DNA of 64,000 bases, from NCBI GenBank assembly GCA_947625015.1, contig CANQMR010000001.1:99624-163623 (forward strand), written 5' to 3'. Below, piece by piece: positions 36,701-45,780 of this stretch. Position 1 is the first letter of the stretch; each line of letters begins with the position of its first letter. The stretch is from an uncultured Lachnospiraceae bacterium (GTDB taxonomy: Bacteria > Bacillota > Clostridia > Lachnospirales > Lachnospiraceae). The position numbers were made by a program, and so were the translations under genes. Below the pieces are notes generated by a model. That model was given only the letters and a program-made list of their open reading frames with translations. It did not search any database and had not been told where the DNA came from.

Positions 36701-37298
36701 TGTCAATGCCATTGAGGATTATAAGATGGTGTCCGAGCGTTATGAGTTTTTAAAGGGACAGCATGACGATATTGTAAAGGCGGAGACCAACCTGATGCAG
36801 ATTATCGCCGAGTTGGATACGGCTATGCGGACGCAGTTTGAGGAGAAATTCCGGGAAATCCAGGTGATGTTTGACAAGGTGTTCCGAGAGCTTTTTGGGG
36901 GCGGCAAGGCCACCTTAGAGTTGGTCGAGGACGAGGATATCCTAGAGGCGGGAATCCGTATTATTGCCCAGCCGCCGGGAAAGAAACTGCAAAATATGAT
37001 GCAGCTTTCCGGTGGAGAGAAGGCGCTTTCCGCCATTGCCCTGCTGTTTGCCATTCAGAGCTTAAAACCGTCTCCGTTCTGTCTGTTAGACGAGATTGAG
37101 GCGGCCTTAGATGACTCTAATGTTACCAGATATGCCAGATATTTAAATAAACTTACCAAAGACACCCAGTTTATTGTCATTACCCACAGAAAGGGGACTA
37201 TGGAGGCGGCGGATGTGCTTTACGGTATCACGATGCAGGAAAAGGGTGTGTCTACGCTGGTGTCCGTCAATCTGATTGAGAATGAGTTAGAGGATTAA
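33735..37298 (+). CDS. smc: chromosome segregation protein SMC
   Basis: 1187 aa. Walker A GPNGSGKSN, long coiled coils, hinge, LSGGEK signature, Walker B LLDEIEAALD. Confidence 0.97.
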   Translation: MYLKSIEVYGFKSFANRIIFEFNKGITGIVGPNGSGKSNVGDAVRWVLGEQSAKQLRGAKMEDVIFSGTELRKPHGSAYVAITLDNSDHSLPVDYEEVTVARRVYRSGESEYLINGNVSRLKDVHSLFFDTGIGKEGYSIIGQGQVERILSGKPEERRELFDEAAGIVKYKKNKAATEKSLEAERENLNRVNDILAELERQVGPLKQQSEVAKKYLVYKGELKRFDVNVFLMENEKLEQDLKDKEEKLHIVNEDSERLKAEFEETKSEYERMETVLEESARTIEDDRNRIHELKLNAERNEGEVNVLKQQISNAKSTDIHLSEQIDRINQSLASQEKEKREFQEKKAALDEKMDSADDVVDEAQAVSQAIEEEIAGLLEEIEKSKADIIEYLNDDANLKAKVGRYDTMLENISYRKTQLNQRFLQFKSDELKDKEEYEKHNTSLAEIEKTVAEILEKLEDTDAKLDKNTIETNENKQRLSGANNEYSSVKSKLEALRNITERYDGYGNSIKRVMEQKSSNPGIVGVVADIIQVNQEYEIAVETALGGSIQNIVTDNENTAKRLIQFLKKNKFGRATFLPLTTIGGKYSEFNNKEALKEPGVIGLAKDLVKVHDKYSAVTDHLLGRILVVDTIDHAIAVNKKYHQSLRIVTKEGELLTPGGAMTGGAFKNSSNLLGRKRELDELTKELAEINNEIANATKEESELHEVREQLKHTKEDLNLKLQELYLQKNTVSISIEQVSKNLAETANAFASVNKESKELEAQIEEINQNKNELYDNHKQAEAAKQALEERITALEEQAAAKREELKKSNERVSELMIEFNTIKQQDDFLIENLRRIRVEEGKLKEELELYRSQMSNSGKAVEELVGKINQFNALIEKDREEIVRLEENLQKAVAEREELNARHKEFFGRREKLNEEITGLDKSAFRLSAQVEKLSEQADNLSRYMWEEYELTYQSAMELKDNTLNDLDALKREVSQVKAKIKSLGDVNVNAIEDYKMVSERYEFLKGQHDDIVKAETNLMQIIAELDTAMRTQFEEKFREIQVMFDKVFRELFGGGKATLELVEDEDILEAGIRIIAQPPGKKLQNMMQLSGGEKALSAIALLFAIQSLKPSPFCLLDEIEAALDDSNVTRYARYLNKLTKDTQFIVITHRKGTMEAADVLYGITMQEKGVSTLVSVNLIENELED

Positions 37299-37311
37299 TA
37301 GAGTAATAAAT

Positions 37312-37505
37312 GCGAAACGCGTTTAGGACTTTGAGGGTTGTATGGATGGAACATTACCAACGCAGGTGCGCTTGCGCTTATTTATACACGCAGCGGCACA
37401 TAAGGCGCTGCTAAAGCACCGCCTAAGTGCCGGCGTGCATAAAAAAACCTGCTTATGGTAATTGTTTCATCCATACAACGCCATATAGTTTCTTGAGCGT
37501 TTCGC
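37312..37505 (+). ncRNA. candidate structured RNA or repeat element (~194 nt irregular hairpin, 6S-like outline); strand uncertain
   Basis: Hand fold: 9-bp closing helix GCGAAACGC/GCGTTTCGC; ~27 paired positions between 37337-37366 and 37448-37479; a CUUG mini-hairpin; an AU-rich segment; GC-rich apical helices 37387-37437. A TTGAGA-17-TAGAGT box would put a start near 37311. Confidence 0.35.
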
Positions 37506-37580
37506 GGGGATTGGATGAGTTTAAGATATAAAAGTCATCATTATGTGAGATGGAGAGTAGATAAGGGAAAGGAGCGCGTT

Positions 37581-38840
37581 ATGTTTGATTTTTTTAAGAA
37601 GAATAAGAAAGAACAGCCGGAACTTGCAGAAGATGCGGAAGTAAATGCAGATGAGGCCACAGTTGAAGGTCGTGATTCTGACACAGCGGCAGAAGATACA
37701 GAAGCGGAAACAACAGCCGTTGAAGATACAGGAGCCGGACAGGAGGATGAAAACGACGCGGCAATGAATAAAACGGCGGAAAATGAGGAAGAAAATCCCG
37801 CTACCGAGGGTGCGTCTTCTTCTGGGGAAACAGCACCGGAAGAAGCAGTAGCAGATGAACCGGCAGAGGAAGAAACGGTAAAAGAAAAGGGATTTTTCAG
37901 CCGTTTAGTGTCCGGTCTGACCAAGACCAGAGACAGCATTAACGCCAGCTTTGATAATCTGTTCAAGGGCTTTTCCTCTATTGATGATGATTTCTATGAC
38001 GAGCTGGAAGAAACGCTGATTATGGCGGATTTAGGCTTAGACACGACAGAGCGGATTATTGAGGACCTGCGGGGAATGGTTAAGAAAAACCATATTCGGG
38101 AGGTGGAGGAATGTCGGGAGTTAGTCATTAATATAATCAAGGAGCAGATGTTGGTTGAGGATTCTGCCTATGATTTTGAAGACCAGAAGTCGGTTATGTT
38201 AATTATCGGCGTCAACGGCGTGGGGAAAACCACTTCCATAGGAAAATTAGCGGCCCAGTATAAGAGCCGGGGCAAGCGGGTTATGATGTGCGCGGCAGAT
38301 ACCTTCCGGGCTGCGGCTATCGACCAGCTTAAGACCTGGGCCAACCGGGCAGGGGTGGAGATTATTGCGCAAAATGAAGGCTCCGATCCGGCGGCGGTTA
38401 CTTTTGATGCGGTAAAGGCGGCTGCCGCAAGAGATGTGGATATTCTGCTGATTGATACGGCGGGACGTCTCCATAACAAGAAAAATCTTATGGATGAGCT
38501 GGCTAAAATGAAACGGATTATTGAGAAGGAATACAGCGAAGCTCATTTAGAGACCTTAATCGTATTAGACGGCTCTACCGGACAGAACGCTTTAGAGCAG
38601 GCCAGACAGTTCAGCAATGTAACCCAGATAGACGGCATTATCCTGACAAAACTTGACGGAACGGCAAAGGGCGGTATTGCCATTGCCATTCAGTCGGAAT
38701 TAAATGTTCCGGTAAAATATATCGGTGTGGGTGAGCAGATTAACGACTTACAGAAATTCAATCCCGAAACCTATGTCAACGCATTGTTTGCGGATATGGA
38801 CACCCGGACGGATATTGAGATACTCATACCGGAAGAGTGA
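37581..38840 (+). CDS. ftsY: signal recognition particle receptor FtsY
   Basis: Acidic N-terminal region, then an NG domain with [14 protein letters not shown] and TKLDG. ATG 37581 follows GGAAAGGAG. Confidence 0.95.
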   Translation: MFDFFKKNKKEQPELAEDAEVNADEATVEGRDSDTAAEDTEAETTAVEDTGAGQEDENDAAMNKTAENEEENPATEGASSSGETAPEEAVADEPAEEETVKEKGFFSRLVSGLTKTRDSINASFDNLFKGFSSIDDDFYDELEETLIMADLGLDTTERIIEDLRGMVKKNHIREVEECRELVINIIKEQMLVEDSAYDFEDQKSVMLIIGVNGVGKTTSIGKLAAQYKSRGKRVMMCAADTFRAAAIDQLKTWANRAGVEIIAQNEGSDPAAVTFDAVKAAAARDVDILLIDTAGRLHNKKNLMDELAKMKRIIEKEYSEAHLETLIVLDGSTGQNALEQARQFSNVTQIDGIILTKLDGTAKGGIAIAIQSELNVPVKYIGVGEQINDLQKFNPETYVNALFADMDTRTDIEILIPEE

Positions 38841-39026
38841 TAGATACAGAGGGGATAACAGATTATAGCAAAGGACTGGCAGATATCAGATAAAATCGGA
38901 TATCGAGGATACGAAGCCAATACCGAGCGGGTAACGGATAGTAAAGACAGGAATAGCCGATACCAGTATAAGACATACGGCATTTACATAAAAATAAGGA
39001 CAACATGATAAAGGAGGATACAGGAT

Positions 39027-40244
39027 ATGTTGACCATGGAGAAATTTGAGGAAGCCTATAACACAGTGCAGAAGGTAGTGCACCAGACCAAGCTGGTCTA
39101 CAGTGATTTTTTCAGTGAGCAGAGCGGAAATAAGGTGTATTTCAAGCCGGAAAACCTTCAGGTGACCGGCGCATACAAGATTCGCGGCGCTTATTATAAG
39201 ATTTCCACCCTGACAGAAGAAGAAAGAAACCGGGGACTGATTACCGCCTCTGCGGGAAATCACGCCCAGGGTGTGGCTTTTGCGGCAAAGGCTTATGGGG
39301 TAAAGGCCACGATTGTCATGCCAACCACCACTCCGCTGATTAAGGTAAACCGCACCAAATCCTATGGCGCAGAGGTAATCCTTTACGGTGATGTGTATGA
39401 CGAGTCCTGCCAGTATGCCCTGGAAATGGCAGAGGACAAGGGCCTTACGTTTATTCATCCCTTTGATGACTTAGATGTGGCCTGCGGACAGGGTTCCATT
39501 GCCATGGAGATTATCAAGGAGCTGCCGACAGTAGACTATATTTTAGTTCCCATTGGCGGCGGCGGACTGGCTACCGGCGTGTCCACCCTGGCTAAAATGT
39601 TAAATCCCCATATCAAGGTTATCGGCGTGGAACCGGCAGGGGCCGCATGTATGAAGGAATCTCTGAAAAACGGGAAAGTTACCACTCTGCCTATGGTGGA
39701 TACCATTGCAGACGGTACGGCGGTAAAGACGCCGGGAAGCAATATTTTCCCATACATTCAGGAAAATATAGACGAGATTATCACTGTGGAGGACAGTGAG
39801 TTGATTGTGGCATTTTTAGATATGCTGGAAAACCATAAAATGCTGGTGGAAAATTCCGGACTGCTGACAGCGGCAGCCGTAAAGCATCTGCCCTTTAAGG
39901 ATAAGAAGGTGGTCAGCATTTTGAGCGGCGGCAATATGGATGTGATTACCTTTGCCTCTGTGGTACAGCATGGACTGATTGCCAGAAGCCGGATTTTTAC
40001 GGTTTCCGTTCTGTTGCCGGACAAGCCGGGCGAACTGATGAATGTAAGCTCCATTATTGCGGAATTGCAGGGAAACATTATCAAGCTGGAGCATAACCAG
40101 TTTGTGAACTTAAACCGGAATGCGGCAGTGGAGCTGATTATTACCATGGAAGCCTTTGGACCGGAGCATAAGGAGCAGATTATCCATGTGCTGGCGGAGA
40201 AGGGCTACCGTCCGATGGAGAAAAATCCAAAAAGCATTTATTAA
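39027..40244 (+). CDS. ilvA: threonine ammonia-lyase (short IlvA/TdcB type with a C-terminal ACT-like domain)
   Basis: PLP-lysine region LQVTGAYKIRGA, glycine loop GGGGL, about 80-aa regulatory C-terminus. Confidence 0.9.
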   Translation: MLTMEKFEEAYNTVQKVVHQTKLVYSDFFSEQSGNKVYFKPENLQVTGAYKIRGAYYKISTLTEEERNRGLITASAGNHAQGVAFAAKAYGVKATIVMPTTTPLIKVNRTKSYGAEVILYGDVYDESCQYALEMAEDKGLTFIHPFDDLDVACGQGSIAMEIIKELPTVDYILVPIGGGGLATGVSTLAKMLNPHIKVIGVEPAGAACMKESLKNGKVTTLPMVDTIADGTAVKTPGSNIFPYIQENIDEIITVEDSELIVAFLDMLENHKMLVENSGLLTAAAVKHLPFKDKKVVSILSGGNMDVITFASVVQHGLIARSRIFTVSVLLPDKPGELMNVSSIIAELQGNIIKLEHNQFVNLNRNAAVELIITMEAFGPEHKEQIIHVLAEKGYRPMEKNPKSIY

Positions 40245-40289
40245 AAGAAAGCAATGCATAAATGAAATACAGGGGAAGGAATATGGCAC

Positions 40290-41414
40290 ATGAAATCACA
40301 GAAGGAATGTCGGAATGAGGATATGATTGGCGCGGCGGTGGATTTAGGCTCCACCACGATCGCTGTGTCCTGCGCAGAGCTTACCTCCCGAAACGAACTT
40401 GCGTCCTTTTCCTTTCCCAATCCACAGTCCACATATGGCGCAGATGTGATGACGAGAATCCGCCATTGCATGGAGGACAAAGAGGCCGGAATACAGATGG
40501 CGGAACTGGTAAAAAAGGCATTGGAAGAACAGTTAAGAAAGCATCTTGGGGCCGCCATAGACCGGCTTTGCAGGGTGGTAATCAGCGGTAATACGGTTAT
40601 GCTGCACATTTTAAGGGGGATGTCTGTAAAAGGGCTTGCTGCGGCGCCCTTTTCTCCTGTGGATATAGAATACGGGGAAGATACGATAAGCCGGGAGGGA
40701 GGGCATAATTTTACTGTGCTGTATCCGCCGGGCTTTTCTGCCTTTGTGGGCGCAGATATCCTGTCCGGGGCGGCTTATCTTAAAATGGGACAGACCTCCG
40801 CCTATGACCTGTTGGTGGATTTAGGCACCAATGGGGAGCTGTTGTTAATCAACGATAAGGCCGGTTACGGCGCCTCCACCGCCTGCGGTCCGGTGTTCGA
40901 CCATGCCGTTGCCGGGGCAGCCTACGGCAGCGAGTGCATAAGAGCGGTTGCCGCCTGTATCAAAAGGGGATTAATTAACAGCGAAGGCGTAATCAGGGAA
41001 CCCTATTTTGACAGGGGAATAGAGATTGACAAAGGCTTTGTCATCCGCCAGCAAAATGTGCGGAATTTCCAGCTTGCCAAGGGGGCGGTCTATGCCGGCA
41101 TTTCCTGCCTGATGCAGCGGGCGAAAATAACGGCGGAAGACATCGGCAATGTATATATCAGCGGCGGCCTTGGCTTTTATATGGATATCCGGGACGCCTT
41201 TACGGTAAAAATGCTGCAAGAGGAGATGAAGGGGAAAATCAAGGTAAGCGGCAACACTTCTTTAAAGGGAGCGGAAACGCTGCTGCTTTTAGAAGGCGGG
41301 GAGAGACAGAACCTGCTGTCTTATTATGCGAAGCTTCGGAACCGGACACAATGTTATGAACTTGCGGATTTGCCTGAATTTCAGGATATCTATATGAAGG
41401 CACTGAATTTTTAA
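40290..41414 (+). CDS. ASKHA-fold (DUF4445 / RACo C-terminal-like) ATPase domain protein lacking a ferredoxin domain
   Basis: AVDLGSTTIAV, ISGNTVMLHIL and LVDLGTNGEL phosphate-binding motifs as in corrinoid-activase-like proteins. No N-terminal Cys cluster. Start could be 40323. Confidence 0.65.
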   Translation: MKSQKECRNEDMIGAAVDLGSTTIAVSCAELTSRNELASFSFPNPQSTYGADVMTRIRHCMEDKEAGIQMAELVKKALEEQLRKHLGAAIDRLCRVVISGNTVMLHILRGMSVKGLAAAPFSPVDIEYGEDTISREGGHNFTVLYPPGFSAFVGADILSGAAYLKMGQTSAYDLLVDLGTNGELLLINDKAGYGASTACGPVFDHAVAGAAYGSECIRAVAACIKRGLINSEGVIREPYFDRGIEIDKGFVIRQQNVRNFQLAKGAVYAGISCLMQRAKITAEDIGNVYISGGLGFYMDIRDAFTVKMLQEEMKGKIKVSGNTSLKGAETLLLLEGGERQNLLSYYAKLRNRTQCYELADLPEFQDIYMKALNF

Positions 41415-41448
41415 CGTCTGTTAAGACGGAGAAATCGGAGGGAGAAAG

Positions 41449-43254
41449 ATGAACATACCAAGACAATTTTATGGGATTAATTATGTATCAAAGTTAATTG
41501 AGCGGTTTCAGGATGTGGAGATGTCAGACATACCGGAATTAAAATTCCACGAGATAGAAGATGTGGAAGAAATCCCCTTAGAACAGGAGGACACCGGCGC
41601 ATTGGGGCTTAATTCCAAGCGGCTTTCGCAGATGCTCCGGCAGTTGACCTACGACCATATGTGCGCTTTAGACGGTATTGCCGTTGCCAAGGATGAAAAA
41701 TTGGTCTTTGCCGGTTATCGTCCCCCGTATAGCGCCGAGATTCGCCACATTACCAATTCCACCTGTAAGACCGTAACGGCGATTGGCATTATGTTTGCCA
41801 TATCCGAGGGAAAGCTTCATGAAGACGACTTAGTGGCCTCCTTTTTTCCGGAGTATGAAAATGTGCTGACGCCCAAATATGTGAAGGAAATGACCATACA
41901 GGATTTGCTTACCATGCGCTCCGGCTCAAAGTGCAGTGAATTTTCCGCCATGGTGGAGACCAACTGGGTACAGGCGTTTTTAATGACAGAGTGTTCGGAG
42001 GAGCCGGGCACCCGGTTTGTCTACAACAGCATGGATACCTATATGCTGTCCGCCATTTTAATCCGGGTAACGGGAGAAAGCCTGATGGATTATTTGAAGC
42101 CCCGGTTTTTCAAGCCGTTAGGCATCAATCATATTAAATGGGAGCTTTGCCCGGAGGGGTATGAACGGGGCGGCTGGGGTCTCTACATTTCCTTAGAGGG
42201 AATGTTAAAGATTGGTATTTTTCTGGCAAATGACGGAGCCTATCTTGGCAGACAACTGATCGATCCGTCCTATATCCGCAAAATGAAAGATACAAAGATT
42301 GTTCAGGATACGGACAAGCTGGCTACAGGTTACGCCTACCAGCTCTGGCATCTGCCAAAGGGGCTTTATATGCTAAGCGGTATGTACGGACAGCATGTGA
42401 TTATTGACGAGAAACACAAGCTGATTATCGCCACAAACGCCCACAGTGATAAGCTGTTCCCGGATTCTAAGCTGGTGCGTACCATTTTGGACTGTATGAC
42501 GGATGAGGAATTATACAGGCCGGAGTCTGCGGCAAAAGAGGGGGCGGCCTACCGCCGTCTGTTGCAGGATTTTGAACTGTTCCATGAGGGCTTCCTGCCC
42601 AGAAAGCCGGAAAATAAAATGCCTTACCTGGCTTATTATAAAAATCAGCAGTTAAAGCGGGCAAAGGAAAAAGCCCGGCTGCGGGAGCTGCTGTCCCAAT
42701 TTGACGGCAGGCGGCTCCACATTGACCAGGCCACCATTAAACTGTTTCCCTATATGTTGCAGGGGATGTATCAGTGTCCCCCGTATACAGTAACGGATAT
42801 CGCCTTCCGCTTGCAGGACAATGCCGTAAAAATATGCTTTTATAAGGAGCGCACCCGAAAGGAGCGGCGGGAGAACAGCAGGCGGGAACAGTTAATTCTT
42901 ACCGCAGGATTAAATGAATATTATACCCAGACGCTTCCTGTGGCGCAGCAGGATATGGAGGTTGCCATAAAAGCGTACCCGGCTATGGACGAGGACGGCA
43001 ACGACGTAGTTAAATTTGATATGGTGTTCCCCTCCGCAGGCTTTAGCCGGCTGTTAAAATTCTTCTTCTATGGGGACCGGATCGGCATTGAATGTATGGA
43101 ATACCCGGATATGCGGGCCATCATGGAGAGGGTGCTGTATGGCGAGGCGGTCATTGGCGGCAATACCATCGATTTAACCAATAAACTGCCGGACAGCATA
43201 CGGGTATTTTTAGAGCATAAGGTGGAGCCTAATGTCAACGCCTATCTGTCCTAA
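41449..43254 (+). CDS. serine hydrolase, beta-lactamase/PBP-like, with a ~250-aa C-terminal extension
   Basis: SxxK motif STCK (ITNSTCKTV), with a downstream Tyr-containing FVYNSMDTYML region. Confidence 0.7.
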   Translation: MNIPRQFYGINYVSKLIERFQDVEMSDIPELKFHEIEDVEEIPLEQEDTGALGLNSKRLSQMLRQLTYDHMCALDGIAVAKDEKLVFAGYRPPYSAEIRHITNSTCKTVTAIGIMFAISEGKLHEDDLVASFFPEYENVLTPKYVKEMTIQDLLTMRSGSKCSEFSAMVETNWVQAFLMTECSEEPGTRFVYNSMDTYMLSAILIRVTGESLMDYLKPRFFKPLGINHIKWELCPEGYERGGWGLYISLEGMLKIGIFLANDGAYLGRQLIDPSYIRKMKDTKIVQDTDKLATGYAYQLWHLPKGLYMLSGMYGQHVIIDEKHKLIIATNAHSDKLFPDSKLVRTILDCMTDEELYRPESAAKEGAAYRRLLQDFELFHEGFLPRKPENKMPYLAYYKNQQLKRAKEKARLRELLSQFDGRRLHIDQATIKLFPYMLQGMYQCPPYTVTDIAFRLQDNAVKICFYKERTRKERRENSRREQLILTAGLNEYYTQTLPVAQQDMEVAIKAYPAMDEDGNDVVKFDMVFPSAGFSRLLKFFFYGDRIGIECMEYPDMRAIMERVLYGEAVIGGNTIDLTNKLPDSIRVFLEHKVEPNVNAYLS

Positions 43255-43271
43255 AGGCATAACAGACGGCG

Positions 43272-44819
43272 TTAAGGATTATTTTCCGGTTCTTCTTCTA
43301 TGGGAACATCTTCTATTAGGATAGGCAGGTCTTCGGAATTATCTATGGCGTTCCGGATATGCATAATTATCTCGTGAAATGCATTCGGATATTCCTCCTC
43401 CGCCTCTTTGCCAGAGGAGGAAGCATATAGATACAGGCAGGTATCCTCTGGGTTAAGGGTTTCATTTAATACCTCGTTAAAGCAGCTGTAAAATATATTG
43501 GAGTATTTTGTGTAGGAACCCAGTTTTTTCTTTAATATTTCATCCCGGTATGCCAGGGAATTTCGGACATATATGCCAGGGATTTCCCAGGTTTCGTCTT
43601 TATCGATATAACCCTTTTCGGAGTAATCGGTACCGGCAGTCCGCATTAGAGTTTTATCGGCGTAAAGGCTGCGGATTAAATCTTCACAGTGCTTTGCCAA
43701 GTCTTCCGGCCGTTCGTTGTAATAATCTAAAAGGATTTGGTCTACATCATCGCGGTACAAATATACATCAAAAGGAATGATGTCTGTCTGCTGGGATAAG
43801 GGAATCTCTGCATTAGCGGCCTGTTCCGGGTCGGTAGTTATTTCCCAGTTCTTATGCGAAGGGGTTAAGGCAGTGGCATTCCGGCTGTTTCCGGTATGAT
43901 TTACCGGTATGCGGCTGCCTATGGCGTAACCAAGAACGCCAAACAGGAACAACAGGCATATAACAACAGGGAAACGCATTCCGGCAGTTTTGCGGAGAAG
44001 TCTGCGCCGCTCATGCCGCAGGGCTTGCATAAGCGCATGGACGTCCCGGTAACGGTTGTCCGGTGAAAAGGATAAGCATTGTTGGATGATTTTTTCAAAG
44101 GCGGAAGGGAGTGGACGCTGAGTTGGCGCGCTGTCGTCTGTTGTGCCGCAGGCAAGATAAAGCATGGTCTTTCCGAGAGCATAGATATCCGTCCGGATAT
44201 CGCTTTGGGAAAAACCAAACTGCTCCGGGGCTGCATGGGCGGGCGTTCCCATCAGCTTTGTATCTCTCGACTTATCCGGTGCGAACTGTCTGGCAGTATC
44301 TAAGTCCACCAGATAAAGCAGTCCGGTGCCCTTTTGCATAATGAAATTTTCCGGTTTGATATCCCTGTGTATAATCGGAGGGTTCTGCTCATGTAAAATC
44401 TGTATGATATTGCAGATATCCAGCATAAAATCAATAATTTCCACATCTGTAAAATACAGACGGCTATCCATATATTCTGTTAAGGAACACCCCTCAATAT
44501 ACTGCCGCAGCAGATAGCAGCCCTTCTCGTCTTCCAAGTAGTATGCGCATCTGGGGAGATTCAGCCCGGAAATTGGGGAGAGCTGTTCTAAAATATTATG
44601 CTCCTGCCGGATACACGCCGCCTGTTCGCCCGTTCCGTATTTTAGTATATAATGATTGCCGTTGTTATCTGTAAGTTCATAGATTTCCTTATTGGAAGTC
44701 CGTTTCAAAAAATCATGGATCTTGTAAGTATCCCTAATCTGTTCCGGCAGTTGAAAGGAAGTGGTCTGTCGTGAAATGGTTTCGATGATATCAGCATGAG
44801 AGGGCGTGAGAGAGTCCAT
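43272..44819 (-). CDS. membrane serine/threonine protein kinase with a non-PASTA extracellular domain
   Basis: HRDIKPEN, DLD (DFG position), GTPAHAAPE, one TM (FPVVICLLFLFGVLGYAIG), and a ~200-aa C-terminal domain. ATG 44819 lies 7 nt after GGAGG. Confidence 0.8.
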   Translation of the reverse strand: MDSLTPSHADIIETISRQTTSFQLPEQIRDTYKIHDFLKRTSNKEIYELTDNNGNHYILKYGTGEQAACIRQEHNILEQLSPISGLNLPRCAYYLEDEKGCYLLRQYIEGCSLTEYMDSRLYFTDVEIIDFMLDICNIIQILHEQNPPIIHRDIKPENFIMQKGTGLLYLVDLDTARQFAPDKSRDTKLMGTPAHAAPEQFGFSQSDIRTDIYALGKTMLYLACGTTDDSAPTQRPLPSAFEKIIQQCLSFSPDNRYRDVHALMQALRHERRRLLRKTAGMRFPVVICLLFLFGVLGYAIGSRIPVNHTGNSRNATALTPSHKNWEITTDPEQAANAEIPLSQQTDIIPFDVYLYRDDVDQILLDYYNERPEDLAKHCEDLIRSLYADKTLMRTAGTDYSEKGYIDKDETWEIPGIYVRNSLAYRDEILKKKLGSYTKYSNIFYSCFNEVLNETLNPEDTCLYLYASSSGKEAEEEYPNAFHEIIMHIRNAIDNSEDLPILIEDVPIEEEPENNP

Positions 44820-44902
44820 GTTTATTCCTCCTGTCATATAATAAAATATTATAACATAGATTTATGGTTTATCGTGGATAATTCTTTTTCAAAATCTTTT
44901 AG

Positions 44903-44932
44903 TTGAAATGAAATCTCAACATATGGTATAAT
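44903..44932 (+). promoter_or_regulatory. sigma-A promoter TTGAAA-18-TGgTATAAT (extended -10)
   Basis: -35 at 44903-44908, -10 at 44927-44932 preceded by TGG. Confidence 0.6.
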
Positions 44933-44980
44933 ATTTCCGTTTAGATACAAAGATATTGATATTTTACCGGAGAGAAAAAT

Positions 44981-45778
44981 ATGAGATTATGCAGTTTATA
45001 CAGCGGAAGCAGCGGTAATTGCATCTATGTAGGCTCAGACCATGCCAATATTTTAATTGATGTGGGCGTCAGTGCAAAGAAAGTGACTGCCGCATTGGAA
45101 AGCATTGATGTAAAGCCGGAGGAATTAGACGCCGTTTTAATTACCCATGAACACAGCGACCATATCGGAGGACTGGGCGTATTTTTACGCAAATACGGTA
45201 TTCCTGTATATGGAACCAGCAAGACCTTAGAGGCGGTAAGCCGGTATAGCAATCTGGGAAAGGTAGATTTTTCCCTGTTTCATGGTATCCGCCCGGAGGA
45301 ATCCTTTTCGATATCAGACCTTTATGTGAAGGCGGTCAGCACATGGCATGATGCGATAGACCCTGTATGCTACACCTTAACTGACGGGAATAAAAAGATA
45401 TCCGTAGCGACGGATTTGGGTGATTTTGACGGACATATCGTAGACGCCCTGTCCGGAGCGGACGCCATGCTGATTGAGGCGAACCATGATGTGCGTATGT
45501 TAGAGGTGGGGCCGTACCCTTATCCGTTAAAGCAGCGGATTCTAAGCCGCCGGGGACATCTTTCTAATGAGCGGGGCGGCCAGCTTGTGCGGGAATTATT
45601 AAACGACCATATCCGGGGAATCTATTTAGGGCATTTGAGCAAGGAGAATAATTATCCGGAGCTTGCCTTTGAGACGGTGAAAGCGGAGCTTTTAGGAAAT
45701 GCGTACAGCAGTGATTACCGGGATTTTAATATTATGGTGGCGGAAAGGGACTGCTGTTCGGCAGTCATTGAGTGTTAG
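44981..45778 (+). CDS. MBL-fold metallo-hydrolase (YycJ/WalJ-like)
   Basis: HEHSDH motif, 265 aa, typical N-terminus LYSGSSGNC. Confidence 0.85.
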   Translation: MRLCSLYSGSSGNCIYVGSDHANILIDVGVSAKKVTAALESIDVKPEELDAVLITHEHSDHIGGLGVFLRKYGIPVYGTSKTLEAVSRYSNLGKVDFSLFHGIRPEESFSISDLYVKAVSTWHDAIDPVCYTLTDGNKKISVATDLGDFDGHIVDALSGADAMLIEANHDVRMLEVGPYPYPLKQRILSRRGHLSNERGGQLVRELLNDHIRGIYLGHLSKENNYPELAFETVKAELLGNAYSSDYRDFNIMVAERDCCSAVIEC

Positions 45779-45780
45779 CA

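Noticed and set aside
37312-37505. SRP (4.5S/scRNA) RNA next to ftsY
   Set aside because: The long hairpin lacks the conserved domain IV features (a GGAA-type tetraloop and the AGCAGC/symmetric-loop motif), so it is not SRP RNA. tmRNA and RNase P are also excluded by size and motifs.
38841-39026. GATA/GATATC-rich 186-nt spacer between ftsY and ilvA (GATA at 38843, 38854, 38882, 38889, 38899, 38908, 38937 and 38959; two GATATC sites 17 nt apart)
   Set aside because: The spacing is irregular, there is no clear dyad or tandem unit, and it matches no regulator consensus I know. It may just be compositional. It is not strong enough to call a site.
38886-39458. 190-aa minus-strand ORF overlapping the ftsY-ilvA spacer and the 5' end of ilvA
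   Set aside because: It is antisense to a well-supported threonine dehydratase gene. It has no RBS and an odd composition, with no recognisable motif. It looks like a typical shadow ORF.
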